From: Octopus sinensis | Taxonomy: Eukaryota | Length of the DNA: 53,359 bases | Direction: 5' to 3' | Assembly: GCF_006345805.1 (NCBI RefSeq) | Contig: NW_021833897.1 | Coordinates: forward strand, 1 to 53,359 | Part shown: positions 50,686-53,359 of the stretch, piece by piece | Numbering within the stretch: the first letter of the stretch is position 1 | How the letters are laid out: each line of letters starts with the position of its first letter | Translations under genes and position numbers: made by a program | The notes under the pieces: model-generated | Databases searched by the model: none | What the model saw: only the letters and a program-made list of their open reading frames with translations | Told to the model about the DNA's origin: nothing

Positions 50686-51122
50686 ATAGTGGTGGTGATG
50701 GTGGTGGTGGTGGTGATGGCGGTGGTGGTGATAGTGGTGATGGTGGTGATGGTGGTGATGGTGGTGATAGTGGTGGTGATGGTGGTGGTGATAGTGGTGG
50801 TGGTGGTGGTGATGGTGGTGGTGGTAGTGGTGGTGGTGATGGTGGTGGTGATGGTGGTGATGGTGGTGATGGTGGTGATGGTGGTGATAGTGGTGGTGAT
50901 GGTGGTGGTGATAGTGGTGGTGGTGGTGGTGATGGTGGTGGTGGTAGTGGTGGTGGTGATGGTGGTGGTGATGGTGATGGTGGTGGTGATGGTGGTAGTG
51001 ATAGTGGTGGTGGTGGTGATGGCGGTGGTGGTGATGGTGGTAGTGGTAGTGATGGTGGTGGTGGTAGTGGTGGTGGTGATTGTGGTGGTGGTGGTGGTGG
51101 TGGTGATGATGATGATGATGAT
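50686..51122. repeat. (GGT)n/(GAT)n tract with ~120-bp internal duplication
   Basis: 50761-50860 is almost identical to 50881-50980. Confidence 0.9.
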
Positions 51123-51624
51123 CAAGCGAAGTGAGACGGAGACTGTAGAAAAAGGGCGAAGAATAAAGAAGAACAAAATTAGGGAAGAATGAAGCAAAGA
51201 AAACAACCAAAGAAGAACCATCGCCACTGCCGCCGCCGCCGCCGCCACCCTCTTCGATGTTTTATGCAAAACAAAACAAAACAAAGAAAAACCCAAAACC
51301 CCCAAAACAAATAAAAACATCTGTGCTTAACTGAAATGTCACCTCTAGTGAGGCTGTACTTATATGAAATATGTTTGTAGCTAACATATATCATGTTTTT
51401 TTCACCAGGGGTGCTACGGTATCCAGGCGAGCTACTTGACTCGATGCCTAGTGATGCTGCAAAATTGTGTCAGATTTATAACATAAAAACAAATAAACGA
51501 TGGTTTAACATAGGCATAAAAGCCACATGCGTTAGGGGACGGCTAGGGCCGAGGAAATCGACCCCAGTTCTTTACTGACACTTAGGCGCAGGCATGGCTG
51601 TATGGTAAAAGAGTAAAAGAGAGA

Positions 51625-52045
51625 ATACGTCACTTTGTCGACGGTCGCTCGCCTGAACATATCTCTTGAGCTTTCTTGAATCTCCACGTCAGTGGTGGAG
51701 GATGATGAGTATCCTGCTCCCCCTTCGTGCTTCACGCTTGTCCGGTCATTTTAAAATTCATCGATCCAATCATACGCATTTCTACGCAGTAGAGCGCTGT
51801 CCCCATCTTGTACTGAAAGCCTGGCACACCTTCAGACAAGAGAAATCAGATCACTAATCTCTGTTCTTCCTTGGTGCACACAACTAGCGGAGCAGTCATA
51901 TTTTACTCTGTGGCACAAGAAAGAAAACCAGAGTGATCAAGGTCAAACCTCGGTTACGCAACCGCAAGAGAACCACCTTTTAGCACGCGAGCGTTGAAGG
52001 TAGTGTGGCCAACCTAAAGTAAGTTTTGGTGAAAGTTCTTTGACA
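51625..52045 (-). mobile_element. Mariner transposon fossil (5' region and transposase N-terminus, ATG at 51899)
   Basis: MTAPLVVCTKEEQRLVI*FLLSEGV...YDWIDEF*NDRTSVKHEGGAG.SSSSTT..RRATVDKV matches the mariner N-terminal pattern EQR.VI.FL...YEW..FK.GRTSV...GRP; stops and frameshifts present. Confidence 0.8.
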
Positions 52046-52054
52046 ACTCCATAT

Positions 52055-52455
52055 ATTTCTTTATTGCCCACAGGGGGCTAAACATATAGGAGACAAAGAC
52101 AGACAAAGTGATTAAGTTGATTACATCGACCCCGGTGTAACTGGTACTTATTTATTCGACCCTGAAAAGATGAAAGGCAAAGTCGACCACGGCGGAATTT
52201 GAACTCAGAACGTAACGACAGACGAAATACGGCTACGCATTTCGCCCGGCGTGCTAACATTTCTGCCAGCTCGCCGCCATATCTAGGACTACCATATCTT
52301 TTCTACTCTAGGCACAAGGTGTTTAATTTATCGACTCCGAAAGGTTAAAAGGCAAAGTCGACCTCGGCGGAATTTGAACTCAGAACGTAGGAGCAGACGA
52401 AATACGGCTACGCATTTCGCCCAGTGTGCTAACGATTCTGTCATCTCGCTGCCCT
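52055..52455 (-). mobile_element. Two adjacent SINE B copies (52055-52278, 52290-52455)
   Basis: Homology. Confidence 0.85.
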
Positions 52456-52560
52456 TTGACTTCCCCATGTAGCAGCATATTCATGAACACTACGTCCACA
52501 GACTCACACACGCACGTGCGCTCACACAGATGCATGCACGGACACGCGACACGCGACACG

Positions 52561-52628
<68 letters not shown>

Positions 52629-53049
52629 AGAACATACGCTCGCACTCATACATACGCACACACATATTACGTATACAAACACAGGAAGAATGAAAAAAAA
52701 AACGCAAACACCTCACATTCATTTCCCCATCTTCCTCAACCACATGTACAGAAAATGATGGATGGCTTCATATAAATTCGTATGCCGTAATAAATTCATT
52801 AAATGGACTTATTAATTATATCAGCAGAATTGTTTGAATAATTAAAACAAAGAGAGAAACTTTTTATGTTCACTAATAATTTATGATTGCACGCATATCT
52901 GTATCATATACATAGGTTTCAACCAGAATAGTTCAGCTAATCCAAAATGGGGCATTTTTGATTGAATGTATTCAATAAAGTCAAATCTAATGAAATTTTT
53001 AAGTTATGCGAATAATGTCAATGGAAATAAGATACAACGCAACTAAGAA

Positions 53050-53359
53050 TCTCTAATCTCTCTATATATAAAGCTGAAGTTGTCTGTGTGTGGCAGGTTT
53101 TGTAGCCTTCAACTAACACTACCTCCCCCGAGACCCTGCGGCGCAAGTTGACCAAAATTAAAGTATGATAGAAGAAGGCTTGCTCTTCCTTCCGTAGAAG
53201 AAAATATTCAAATCGGACCATGTTAACACCAAAAATTATTTACATAAAAAAAATGCTTTTTTTTTCTGTGAAAATCCCTATATTTTACGATTTTTTGACT
53301 GCTACGTCGCCATTTTTCGGTGTATTTCAACCAGAAAAATGTTCACTTAAAGAGAATAA
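53050..53359 (+). mobile_element. Helitron-like element 5' end (second family), runs off window
   Basis: A|TC start with TCTATATATAAAGCTGAAGTTGTCTGTGTG, similar to the start of the 14596 Helitron. Confidence 0.55.

Noticed and set aside
50430-51320. 296-aa Thr/Ile-rich mucin-like ORF with hydrophobic ends
   Set aside because: Made of the (CAC/CAT)n tract, T-rich low-complexity flanks and a SINE B2 fragment; overlapping frames are equally open.

Overview
Repeat-dominated, AT-rich animal DNA, very probably an octopus (coleoid cephalopod) intergenic or intronic region, judged from its tRNA-derived SINE families and dense (TA)n/(CA)n/(TATG)n/(GGT)n microsatellites. I recognise no host protein-coding exon; almost all ORF-track entries are microsatellite or SINE read-through. 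Contents: three abundant SINE families (here A, B, C); decayed LINEs (a ~6 kb Jockey/I-like fossil, an R4/Dong-like fossil, RTE and CR1 3' ends); mariner/Tc1 fossils; hAT-like and GGATC-ended MITEs; non-autonomous Helitrons; and several short Penelope-like (PLE) or retrozyme-like repeats that abut (TA)n and carry hammerhead ribozyme (HHR) motifs. The main finding is that two different PLE-like families (12563-12643 +; 8054-8130 and 40478-40555 -) contain all hammerhead core elements and all three stems in the strand order [III'-NUH-I]-[II'-GAAA-III]-[I'-CUGANGA-II]. This order is not one of the three circular permutations (types I/II/III), and the pairings are supported by compensatory changes between copies. 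All analysis was by eye; family names are my own labels and boundaries of decayed repeats are approximate.
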